DNA of 64,000 nucleotides from contig NW_024704743.1 in NCBI RefSeq assembly GCF_018977255.1, positions 32,366,001 to 32,430,000 on the forward strand. The letters run 5' to 3'. The notes beneath the pieces are model-generated. The model did no database searches. It was given only the letters and a program-made list of their open reading frames with translations, and was not told where the DNA came from. Source of the stretch: Callorhinchus milii (lineage: Eukaryota). Below, in pieces: positions 1-11,551 of the stretch. Numbering within the stretch: position 1 is the stretch's first letter; every line of letters begins with the position of its first letter. Position numbers and translations under genes: made by a program.

Positions 1-548
1 CTGCTTGTTGGCTTCCCCAACTCCTCCCTCCATGGGCTACAGATCACCAAAACTCTGCAGCCCGTGTCCTCTCTCGAACCAGGCTCCGTGGCCCCATCCT
101 CGCCAGACTCCACTCGATTCCCATCACACACAGGATACAGTTCAAGATCCTGGTCTTCACCTTCAAAGCCCTCCATGGTCTTGTCCTACCTTTACGACCT
201 TCTAATCCCCTACCAACATGCCCTCTCCCTCCGCTCAGCGGGCTCCATCCTGCTTAACGTCCCCCACCTTACCATCCCACCATCGACAGGTGGGCCTTCT
301 GCCAATCTGCCCCAACCCTCTGGAACTCCATCTCTCTGCCTCACCCCCTCACTTGCCTCTTTCAAGACCCATCTCAAGATCCTTCTCTTTGATCGTGCCT
401 TTGGTCACCCTCCTTTCCCCACTGCTCTCCACCCTCCCTGATTCCGACCCCCAGCTCGGGTCCAAAACGATGATTGTCCAGCACCTTGGGATGTCTTCCC
501 AATGTGAAAGGCGCTATACAAATGTAATTTTGTTGTTGTTGTTGTTGT
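1..548 (+). mobile_element. L2-clade LINE 3' end
   Basis: ORF2 C-terminal remnants (SLASFKTHLK.LLF), tail GGGATGTCTTCCCAATGTGAAAGGCGCTATACAAATGT + (TTG)n. Confidence 0.85.
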
Positions 549-1438
549 CCCCTTTCTCCTTGTGTAGGAACCACCTGCTCACTGCTGCGCTCTGGAGCGT
601 ATTGAGATATCCATCTTGCTCTGTGGGAAATATAGGTTTAGAGAGTCTTGTGCACGTTAGAACATGCTATGTCACTGTCAGTATCAGCACTTATTGATAT
701 ATCCAAGTGTTTTAACTTAGTCTAAATGTTCTACCGGCTAGCTCTGCTCCTGACACTGGATCTTAAATATAGTGCTCCTTATTGTAATTGTTGAGCACTT
801 GCGTGTTCATTCTGTGTGAATGGTGCTATACAAGTCCAAGTTATGTTCACTACAGGATTTGTAAGCATTGGTTGAGTTCGCATCAACGCAGCCTATAAAA
901 CTTTGCTCCAGGGCTCCTGGAAGGAGATCAGAGTGAAGTTCCAACAGTCCTCATACTGCATATCTGGGTAACTGAAGGATTCAATTCTTTGGGAATCTTA
1001 AGCATGGTGACCAGTTTTTGCATTTTTGTCAGACCCAAAAAGGTAAACTGGTGTGTTTCAAATATAATTCACAGTTCATTTAATGCACACAACATTTAAT
1101 TCACAAGGCACCAATGGATAACATTTTTGAGATGTTTGACATTGCGCTAGGACTTGATCTTTTTATTCACTCCACTCCTCAAAGGCACAAATGTTTCCAT
1201 TGTCAACTTTGTAACAAACTATGCGTGAATTCCTTGTTGTGTAAAATTTTCAATGTTCTACAATGAGGTGTTGGATTAACAATTGGAAAAGGGCGAAAAA
1301 AGACCATTGATCGAAAGAATTGAGCGAGATTGTACTTTCAAGTAATCATCATACATATATGTCTTCTCATTCTCACACTTGAAGTTTAACATGTGTTTAA
1401 GTGATAATTTAAACCCCACGCTTTCCCGTTTTATGCAG

Positions 1439-1719
1439 GGAAGCATCAGGGCACCATTCAAGGGAAAGAATACTTCCAATGTAGTCCAGATTACGGGATC
1501 TTTGTACGTCCAAACCGACTCGTCAGAGTCAACACAGTAAAGCAGCGTAATAGCACTTCTCAAGGTCAGAGTTCCACCAACCATGAGAAGCGGAAAAGTG
1601 CCAGCCCTCCCAGACCCCAGACCACCTCATCCATGAAACCAGAAGGAGCAGTGCTTCATCAGTCTGGAGATACAGCAACTTCCAGGAAACCGAATAACAG
1701 AAAGTCCTGGATTAACTGA
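1439..1719 (+). CDS. Terminal coding exon of a KIF13-family kinesin-3 (C-terminal half of CAP-Gly domain plus tail); KIF13A by synteny, KIF13B-like by domain content
   Basis: Pyrimidine-rich acceptor ttatgcag at 1431-1438, then (G)KHQGTIQGKEYFQCSPDYGIFVRPNRL...SRKPNNRKSWIN* (TGA 1717-1719). Matches the CAP-Gly pattern GKNDGS.xG..YF.C....G.FVRP and resembles the KIF13B end (ENRKSWAS, recalled). Not in the ORF track. Confidence 0.85.
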
Positions 1720-2950
1720 GTTCCAACGTTTGCACTTAATACACATCACTGTATAGAACTTTAGTGGAGTGTTTTATAGAATGTACATTGCTTTTTTAAA
1801 AATATATATTATATATTACTGATTGTGTGATATAGAAAATAGCCTAAATTCTTTCAATTTTACGTTATTTTAAAAAGGATATCTGTTGATAACATCTTAA
1901 AAGCACACAGAAACTTGGCGAAGTAAATGTTCCCAAGACTTCTGTTAATACAGCATCAGCTTCTAATATTACAAAGTAATATTTGAGGTGTATTTTAATC
2001 AGGAAATAGATACTTTATTAATACAAACACAACTGGGATGGAAATCACAACATGAAAATCTGTAAATTTGTTCTCAATTACCAAAGATCTTGATTAGTTT
2101 CAAAAAATTTTTTGCGTTGTTTGCCCATTTTAAAATTGTGTTCCAACTTGTAGATATGTTTTTAGTAACCTGTGCCATGTTGAGGGGGGTGTTCCTCTGT
2201 ATTATGCTGCCTTATTTTTGTGCCCAATGAGCGCACTGAAGCAAAACTGACCTTTTCTATTCAGCTTTGTCTTCCAAAGCTTGCCACTGTGCTGACTTGG
2301 CATTGCAGTATAAATTGGTGTACATTCAATCGACATGTTGAACTCAATGCCTGAGACTTTGTATGTTGCAGGTCTGAACGTTAATGCTCTGATTTGCCTG
2401 TTCGGCAGTTTATTGCTAAAACAGTATTACTGCAGGAATGCAGGGGGTAGACTGCAGATTTGTTGCAAAGGTTTACGAAAAGCTGTGTATGCATGCATGC
2501 GTTTGCTGATGGAAGCAAAGTGATGGTACATTTGGCAACAATATTGTATATAATGGGAGATCTTGTTGGATGATTGGTTAAATAATTTATACATAGATTA
2601 TATATAATGACTTGAGGGATTTTCTGCATTCCTGTGCAGTAAAAGATGTAATCCAATGGACTAAACACTGTTTCAAGAAGCCATCCAGTGTACATAGAGT
2701 TGTGCAAAATTGTTGGTACGTAAGAGGCGGTCTGTGAAAAGAACTGTCCGACTGTCAGTTTTAATAATGAAAAACTTGGGACTTGCTCAAGAGCTGCTGT
2801 TCTTCTGAATTAGTTTTGTATAAATATTTTCCTCCTTTAGTTTTTTTTGTATTACTGTGTACAGTTGTAATTTATATTTTATTTCAGCAATACTGTATTT
2901 AATTGGTACAGAATTTCAGTGTTTTAGAATACAAACTGTACTTCAGCTTG
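1720..2950 (+). other. Probable 3' UTR of the upstream KIF13 gene (3' end not determined)
   Basis: AT/TG-rich, repeat-poor sequence after the stop, with Pumilio-type TGTAHATA motifs near 2546 and 2690. No clear poly(A) signal identified. Confidence 0.5.
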
Positions 2951-4496
2951 GAAATGGCCTCAGCCACACATGTGTCTGTTTCTTCATTGTTCTGAAGTGT
3001 AGAAGTGGAGGAACAGATTCTGCTTTTTCCTTCAAAATACCACATGATCCCCATTGGCTCCTTCTGTGTACAGCAGGCTGATGGGAAGTTTCTAAGTAGT
3101 TTAAAAATGTCTACAACAATTTTCAATGTGTAAAATGTAATGATCGGAATCATATTTTTGCAGAAGTGATTATACCCTTCATACATGGAAATCAGAAGCA
3201 AGAATAGAATTGTCCCATCTTGTTGTCAAATCATTTAGAAGACTTTTCATGTTCAAATAATGCAGACTGTCCACAAAAAGGTCGGTTATCTATCCTTTAC
3301 TGATGCCATATTGCAATGGTTCCATTTGCTAGCAGTTCCCTAATTGTAGAATTGTAACAGAAAAACAGGACATTTGGTACATCAGGTCTGAGCTGGTGTT
3401 TTTTGCACCACATGAGACAGCTAATCTAATCCTGTTTACTTTGGTACGTTTCAGTTTTATTTCATTTCCCTTTAAAGGATCTTTGGATTCTGCTTCAATA
3501 ATGGTTTGTGATGGAACATTCCACATTTCCTACTGTGTGGCCTTCCTTGAAGTTATATTGGTATCATTTCCTACAATGGTGCTTCGGTACTCAAATTGCA
3601 TCCTTCAATAACCAAGATGTCAACTAGAGGAAGCATGATGATGAGATGCTTTTCTGAAGAGATAATGAGTTTTTGGTAGGGTGAGACAGTCTTGACAACT
3701 GGACCAAATAGGATTGAATTTCAAAGCATGAAAAATCTTAATTAAGTCACTTGCATTATAACATGATTTCTATGGAAATAATTATTTAAGGGATGTCCCG
3801 CAGTAGTATCTGTCTTACATTGATTTCTTTCTTACCCATGGTTTGTAGGGAAACAATTAAACAAAAATTGTGCTGAAATTGCAACTCCTTCTCAAAAATG
3901 CTGTGTGCAATTGGCTGCCACATGTCGCCCACAAATATACAGTCAATTCACTTTACAGTATAAAATTCACAGTATATTCTGTGAAGCGCTTTGAGATGTC
4001 TAGAAGACGTGAAAAGCGCTACATCAAATGCAAGGATTATTATAAATGTCAGTGAATACATTATTAGTAAAAATTTATAGAGACTGAGCCATTTTTACAT
4101 GAAAGGAGGCCATGTGGTCCATTGTCTATGTGCCAACAGGTTCTAACAGGAGAAAACTAATGATCTACTGAGCAGAGCTGCTCTATTAGCCCAAGTAAGC
4201 AGAGTACAACCCCCTACTATCATGCTGCAGTTCCACAGGAGCTAGCAGCTCTTCATTACCTACCCTGCGTGCTCATTCTTCATGTATAAAGCTAGGTGGT
4301 CAATCATTGGGCCGAAAGGATAACTTGGCCATGCATCATAACTGAACTTAGTTTTGTCCTTAACAAATGGTTTTATGTGTATGCGCACACACACACATTT
4401 CGCAGCAGGATCACTCAAAGTTTTGATTTAGCCAATTTTCTCATCATCTGAAGGTGTTGACTTCTTGCTGGCATTTGATTCAATGAGCACTGACCA

Positions 4497-4765
4497 CAAC
4501 AACAAAATTGAATTTGTACAGTGCCTTTCACATTGGGAAGATGTCCCAAGGCGCTGGACAGTCAGAGTTTCAGACCTGAGCTGGGATCAGGGAGGGTAGA
4601 TGGTGGGGGGGAAAAGCAGGGAGATCGAAAGCACGGTCGAAGAGGAGGGTCTTGAGATGGGTCTTGAAGGAGGCAAGGGAGGGGGTGAGGTGGAGGGACT
4701 GGGTGATAGAGTTCCAGAAGGTGGGGGCAGAGTGGCAGAAGGCCTGCCCGCTGATACTGGGACTA
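4497..4765 (-). mobile_element. L2 LINE 3' end
   Basis: GQAFCHSAPTFWNSI..SLASFKTHLKTLLF plus the same tail on - strand. Confidence 0.85.
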
Positions 4766-6450
4766 CCACCCCATGGTACGCCACCCAAACAGCCAATCAT
4801 GTGTGAGCCACGATTGTGGGCATTGGTAGGCAATTCCGCCAATGGAAAGCAACATAACCAAGCTCACCAAACATCCACATAAGTACATGTTCCTGCAGGA
4901 TTGATCAAGATTAATCAGAAGCTTGGCTAAGTTTCCCCTCCTTAACCCAATGCTGTTGAAATCAACTGATGCACCTCATCACCAGTCTGGTTGGAATCAA
5001 CTTACTCAACAGAAATGAGGGATTCTCCTGGGCTCAATCCTACCAGCTCATGAAAATACCCAATGAGACTCCAAGTGAGCCTAAGGTAAGTTGTACTTTG
5101 AAATCAGCTTCCAGAATCCATATGTACTTAACATTTTCAAAACTGTAGGAAATGTGTTCCAGCATCTCATTTGCAGCACTGAAGCAGTATTTCTGCTTAA
5201 AAAGTTATCTTTAACCATTGTTACGTTTGTCATTTTGATTCCATACTCCTATTTCAGCAGCACTAGAGTTATTAACCTACAAAAGCTTAAACTGGCAAGG
5301 CATCAAAACAAACAACCTGCTGTATTTTGGGAAATACAATGCTTGGTAAATTAATGTTTATGAACTAATAGAAGTGCTGTAGTTTGATGAAATATTTTTG
5401 CTTTTTAGCTTTGTACAAAATTGTACGAGTCAATGTGACTACTTATGGGTACCCAGGAGGGTTCTTTTTACATTTTTATGCTGTTTGTATTTTTTGTGAA
5501 TGGCTGCAGTTAGCCATTTAATCTGCGTGCTTAAAAATGAAATGGAGTACACATTCTCCCTCCCTGGCTTCCAAACAAAGGCAGAATTTTCTAACATTCT
5601 GCATCTTCTTAAATTGTAACATTGTGCCATCAAAGCTAAGACCATGAGAAATATTAGTACTTTGGTATGTAAATATTTTTATATCTGACTCCAGCCAAAG
5701 CCACTCTTAAATCTAATGATGTTTGGTGGTTCTCGATTGTTCTCAAAAGTGAATTGGGAAAATGAGGCAAATAGACATATAACAAAAGCAGTGATAGAAA
5801 GTTACAAAGACTGAGAGATAGACAAAAATTGAATAAGGGAGAAGACACCAAAAGACAGTGTCGAAAGAGGCACAGTAAGACAAGGGAAAATTGGATATGG
5901 GGAGACAGGTTAGGAAAGCAGGAATCTGAGGCAGCAAGTCAAAAAGAAATAGAGAAAAGTATAAAGAGAAAAATATACACAAAGAATGGAGAGGAAGGAT
6001 AAAGAAAAATAGAAAAGGAAGGACAGAAAATGAAAAGATATAGGGAGAGAATCCGATAACAGCTGGCATCCCACAGGCACCCCTGAACGAAAATTTATGA
6101 GTCACAGATGACTGAGCTTGCAAAAGGAAGTCACATCAAAAGGATGTGTCATCTTTTGCCTGAGAAATAATGTCCAAGGATTAGTCTAAAATTGATTTTT
6201 TCAATCTTGGAACCAAGATGAGCTTGTCATAAGATCAGAGTGAAAGTAAATGAATATTTTGGCAGAACCCTATTAATATTAATAATCTTTGCATTTGCCA
6301 TATCATGTCATTGAAATATCTCAAAGCATTTTAAACATTTTGCTGTGAAGTGTCACTGTATTTTATAGATGAATGCACAGCCAACTTGTGCACAGCAATG
6401 TCCTATAAACAGCCATGACGAAAATGACCAATTGTATCAGGGGGATAGCA

Positions 6451-6543
6451 ACAGAAGTCGCTGGGAAAACCCAGCAGGTCAGGCAACATCAATGGACGGA
6501 GGAAATAACTTAATGTTTCAGGTCGATGACCTTTCGCCAGAAC
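6451..6543 (-). mobile_element. Degenerate copy of the hammerhead-bearing Penelope-like repeat
   Basis: Reverse complement reads GTTCTGGCGAAAGGTCATCGACCTGAAACATT...GATGTTGCCTGACCTGCTGGG; core mutated to CTGGCGA. Confidence 0.6.
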
Positions 6544-6692
6544 AACATCACCACCAAAATTACATTTGTAAAGCCCCTTTCATATCGGGAGGACGTCCCA
6601 AGGCGCTGGACAGGCCGAGTTACGGTTCACTATCAGAGTTACAGAGAATGGTTCTGACTAGGGGATATATTTGGATCCTGTTGGGTGTTATA

Positions 6693-7197
6693 TCTATCTG
6701 TATATACTAATAAAGACGAAATGCTCGTCTGTGTGTGTATGTCTGTCCGCCAAGAATGCAATAACCGATTGACGTAGAGAAATGATTTATACCTCATCGG
6801 AAAGGCCTTGTGTTGGGGAGTATCATGGGTATACTTTGTTTTGGGGATCTATTGTTCATGAGCTATATTTAAAAAATGCTTTAATTAAGCCCCAAAATAT
6901 AAGGTATGCATTGTATTCTGCACCAAAGTAGCGACAGGAAATCACACACACTTCTAGAGAGATACACTTATACTAATATATTCTGCAACAAAGTAGCACA
7001 GAGAAAAGCTATGACCTAAACAAGCTCATCATACATGTATGCACTCCCAACAAGGTGACCTACCAACAGGAGTCCTCCCAACTAGGAGTTCTCCCACAGG
7101 AGTCCTCCCAGCTGAGTATAGATCAAGACTAAATGTGTGTGTATCATTCTACATTGGATCCTTTGGTTGCAAGCAAAGCTGCAACGGTAACAGCTAG
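6693..7197 (+). mobile_element. Non-autonomous Helitron-like element
   Basis: 5' a|TC..TATACTAATAAAG followed by a TG/TCTG tract; 3' hairpin GTTGC(A)AGC-AAA-GCTGCAAC 7166-7185, then CTAG 7194-7197 followed by t. Confidence 0.65.
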
Positions 7198-8269
7198 TAC
7201 TAGAACAAAACAATAAGTAACATTAAGTAAAATTTTGCATATTTTGTTCATGTTTAATTTAAAATTTTTGTCTAATACTATTAAATCAGGAATAGGTTTG
7301 TGTTGCATTGGGTGCACCTGGGAAAGCTGAGTTAGAATTCAAGAAGGATGTACTGTATATACCATTTAGATATGTTATATGTCGTATTTAGTTTTCCAGT
7401 TGTGCTGCTATCCGAATCTGAATTGGTGCCAAGAAATAAAAGTATCCATTTTACCACATCTACAAGGTATTTTTAAAACGTTGGGTTGTGCTAGAAAGTT
7501 GCAAGTAACTTGATGTAATTTGTGACAGGCTTGATAAAGAGTAAAGTTCTGACTTGGTAACAATTTGAATAAATTGTATTAGTAGATTAACAGGAATTTC
7601 CTTGTGTCAGCATTGCACATGCAGAACGCATGTTTTCCCTTTTAAAATACAGCAACAACAGTGGGACAAATAAATAATAATAAAAATAATCTTTGCTTTT
7701 GATATAACACCTTATCATGTCTTTGGACGTACAAAGCACTTCACAGAATATACTGCAAAGTGACTTGATTGCATATTTTGTGGGCAAAATTTCATGCAAC
7801 ATGTGCTTTTTTCTCCAACAAAACTATAAAAGCAAAGAGCGCTCGTTGAGGATTTATACATATCCATCTCTGGATGCTTTCCAGGCCATGAATGCCTTTA
7901 GGGTGTTTGGGCCTACAGAAAAGTGCAGAAATATTTGCCAAAAATTGTGGGGAGTCATTTAAATATTGCGGGGGTGCGGAAAATTGTGGTGGTTGCTTGG
8001 TGCTATTGAGGTACATTTTTTCACTTTATTAATTAAAAACTAAACATGAGGAAATAACACATTGTTGCAATTTTTTAAAATATATTTATTCATTAACAAA
8101 AACTGGGTGGCCCATTGGGGGTGGGGGGAACACACAAGTGCACGACCAAAGGGCCTGGAGATGTACCAAAAAAAACACTGAGGGCTAGTGTCCTGACTGT
8201 GGTGCTACAGGAGCTCAGCATCTCCTGCCTCTCAAAGCCCAGCACCGCACATAGACCAGAGAGACACAT

Positions 8270-9450
8270 ATTCTCGGAGATACACATGCACATACACACG
8301 GAAACTCACACACACATATAAAAGAGGCACACAGACACACCCAAACACAAATACAGAGGAGAGAGACACACACACAGACACACTCACAAACATACATATA
8401 TAGAGGAAAGACACTCAAAAACACAGAAACACAGACACACTCATAAACACGTACAAAGAGACACGCTCACTCACAGACACTCAAACACAGAAACAGACTC
8501 ACTCAAAGACACTCACAAACACAGACTCACTCACAGACTCACAAATACAGATACACTCGCTCAGACACAAACACAGAGACACACTCGCTCACAGACAGAG
8601 ACACACTCGCTCACAGACAGAGACACACTCGCTCACAGACAGAGACACACTCGCTCACAGACACAAACACCGAGACACACTCGCTCACAGACAGAGACAC
8701 ACTCGCTCACAGACAGAGACACACTCGCTCACAGACAGAGACACACTCGCTCACAGACAGAGACACACTCGCTCACAGACACAAACACCGAGACACACTC
8801 GCTCACAGACAGAGACACACTCGCTCACAGACACAAACACCGAGACACACTCGCTCAGACACAAACAGAGACACACTCGCTCACAAACAGAGACACACTC
8901 GCTCACAGACACAAACAGAGACACACTCGCTCACAGACACAAACAGAGACACACTCGCTCACAAACAGAGACATACTCACTCAGACACTCAGAGACATAC
9001 TCATGTACTCACTCAAGACACATACACACAGAGATCCCCCACACACAGAGACTCCCCCTACACAGACACACCCCACACACAGACACACTCCACCCCCCCC
9101 CACACACTCAGACATCCCCACACACCCCCCCACACAGAGACACCCCACACACACAGACCCCCCCCACACACTCACAGACACACACACAGAGACCCCCCCA
9201 CACACACACCTCCCCACACACAAAACCCTACACAGAGACCCCCCCCACGCACAGACCCCCCACACACTCACAGACATCCCCACACACAGAGACACCCCAC
9301 ACACTCACAGACATCCCCACACAGAGACACCCCACACACATCCCCACACACAGAGACCCCCCCACACACACAGAGACCCCCCCACACACTCACAGACACA
9401 CACACAGAGACCCCCCCACACATACCCACACACACAGACACCCCCCACAG
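8270..9450. repeat. CA-rich minisatellite / low-complexity array
   Basis: 22-bp unit GAGACACACTCGCTCACAGACA with longer variants (~8570-8990), grading into ACAC/CCCC-rich degenerate units. Confidence 0.9.
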
Positions 9451-9469
9451 ACTCTCCGACTGAAGCCCA

Positions 9470-9570
9470 TTTCCCGCTTGCCCCGCACCGCGCATGCGCA
9501 CTCGGAGCCGCTCCGCGCACAGTGACGTCGGGTAAGCAGCGAGCGGCCCGCGGGCCAGAACCACGTGTTG
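9470..9570. promoter_or_regulatory. Distal promoter-like module: E2F, NRF1, CRE-like, E-box
   Basis: TTTCCCGC 9470-9477, GCGCATGCGCA 9490-9500, TGACGTCG 9523-9530, CACGTG near 9562. Confidence 0.55.
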
Positions 9571-10295
9571 TTTTTTCCGCGGGTTGATGGCGGAGGCCCT
9601 GTTTGTAGCGCATTCCCCGGGGGTGGGGGCGGAGGAAATGCACTTTTCTATTGGCCCATCCCATCAGCCATCACATGATCGATCACCAGCGGAATTTTCA
9701 AACAAATCCGCAGCTGTTTATCACATTACACCGCGCACATAGCGCTCAAAAACTGAAAAGAAATTGGCATCGGATTCTAAGTATATTTTGGTCGCCTTCC
9801 CCCCCCCTCCCCCCGGGGCTCGGTCCCGGGATCCTGAACCGTAAAGCGCTCTGAGACGCCGTCCGGCGTGGAGGGCGCCGTGTAAATCCAAGTTGTTGTC
9901 GTGACGACCAGGTCCGTTTGTTCAAAACGTGGAAATAAAAAAAAAACCTGCGTTATTCGCGACTCCGGGTGTTTGAATGGACTGCATACAAAAAGTTAGA
10001 CGCCTGCGTTTTAAAACAAAAACGTGGGTATGTGTGTGTGTGTATTTGTGTCTTTGTGTCGGGGGGTGAGGGCGGGGGAGAGAAGAGGGGGAAATGGCGC
10101 ACTGTCGAAGCTAAGCTGAGCTACTCCCCCCCCCCGGAGCTCGAGTCCGGTTCCCCTGGCAACCCCGGGAGCGAGCACGAGAGAGAAAGGGCCGCACAGG
10201 CGCACTCGCTCGTTCATTCACTCACTCACAAGGGGGTGAGGGGGGGGATAACCTTCATCTCCCTTGATGCGTTGCGGCTCGTTTGTCTGGTCGAG

Positions 10296-10324
10296 CCAAT
10301 GGGATCGAGGCGGGGCGGTGACGT
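10296..10324 (+). promoter_or_regulatory. Proximal promoter module: CCAAT, GC box, CRE-like
   Basis: CCAAT 10296-10300, GGGGCGG 10312-10318, TGACGT 10319-10324. Confidence 0.6.
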
Positions 10325-10717
10325 CTGCACGGAGTAGTGTGTGTGTGTGTGCGTGTGTGTCCGCGCGCGCGTGCGCTGTACTAGTCTCGTGCTTCAGAGA
10401 CAGACAGAGAGAGAGAGAGATAGCGCGCGCGCGGGCGGGCGCGTGGACAGTGATATCGCGGGCGCTGGGGCTGTCGTGGTGGTCGGACGAACCAAGTAGC
10501 GCTCGGGGAGCCTGAGCGGCGACTGCGCTGGGCGGGCGGGTGGGTGGCGCACGCACGCACGCGACGCACCCATCCATCCCTCCCTCCATGCAGCAGGGCT
10601 GAACCAGCGGCGTGGAGAGCGCGTGCGCGGGACGGAGGCTGGCGAGAGGCCGAGCAGTGCGCGCGCGCGAAGAACGACGGCACCGTGGAGAGGGGAGGGT
10701 TGAGGGCGTTGGTGCTG

Positions 10718-10960
10718 GAGGCGAGGGCGCGAGGGACCGGAGAGCGCCTGCGCGGGGGCTCGGGGCCGGAGGCGAGGGCGGGAGGGACAGGAGAGCGCCT
10801 GCGCGGGGGGTCGGGGCCGGTGGCGAGGGCGGGAGGGACCGGCGTGCGCCTGCGCGGGGGGTCGGCGCTGGCGGGGAGGGCGGGCGACTGGGAGAGCGGC
10901 AGCGACGGGGCTGGTGCTGGAGGGAGAACAGGAGAGCGCGTGCGCGGGGCGGTGGGGGAG
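10718..10960. repeat. 51-bp GC-rich tandem repeat, three copies plus a diverged partial
   Basis: GAGGCGAGGGCGGGAGGGACAGGAGAGCGCCTGCGCGGGGGGTCGGGGCCG-like units. Confidence 0.85.
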
Positions 10961-11029
10961 GGGAGCCCCGAGGAGCCGGCTGCTAGGAGATAGCGCGCGG
11001 CCGGCGGCGGGGACGAGCCAGAGCGAGAC

Positions 11030-11137
11030 ATGGCGTCGGCAGGAGGAGGAGGAGGAGGCAGTGGCGGCGGCGACGGCGGCGGCAAGATCCGAAACAGGAG
11101 GCACCACATCGTGAGCAAACCGTACGCCAAGAAACAG
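11030..11137 (+). CDS. NUP153: NUP153 exon 1 (coding part)
   Basis: MASAGGGGGGSGGGDGGGKIRNRRHHIVSKPYAKKQ; donor CAG|gtgagg; phase 0. Confidence 0.95.
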
Positions 11138-11551
11138 GTGAGGGGCGACGAATACAAAATCAGACGTTACGAGACGCCGGGGGCTGATAGCGGCGCTGGT
11201 GGCGGCGGTGGCGGTGGTGGAGGCCGCGACTGGACCCGAGGTGCTGTTTCCGATGGCCAGGCCGGTGCGTGTGTCGGTGGAGCCTCGGCCTGGCTTTCGC
11301 CGACGCTGCCTTCCTCCCGAGCGACAGATTGTGTCGGGGCGGGTGGAGGGAGGCCTACCCGAGGGCAGGGAAAGAGCCGGAGCCGTGAGTGAGTTGCACC
11401 TCTCCCCCCCCCCCACACACACACACACACAGCGCATTTTATTTGCTCGATAGCGGGTTCTTGTTGCAAGGCCGCAGCTTTCGGCGGGTCCTGGTAACGT
11501 TTATTTAGTGGCGGTAAATTTGCTCCCATTTTTTTTTCCTTCCCCCCCCGC

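Noticed and set aside
856..1042. Possible extra KIF13 exon (acag...AGgtaaac)
   Set aside because: Stops in all three frames and no CAP-Gly N-terminal motif.
2857..3081. ORF ending IPHDPHWLLLCTAG, faintly like the recalled human KIF13A C-terminus
   Set aside because: Only a few residues match, and there is no convincing acceptor at the right place; likely UTR coincidence.
7882..8157. Possible MITE bounded by CAGGCC/GGCCTG
   Set aside because: Inverted ends are too short, with no target duplication or second copy seen.
8981..9664. His/Thr/Pro- and Val/Cys/Gly-rich ORFs
   Set aside because: Translations of the CA-rich repeat.
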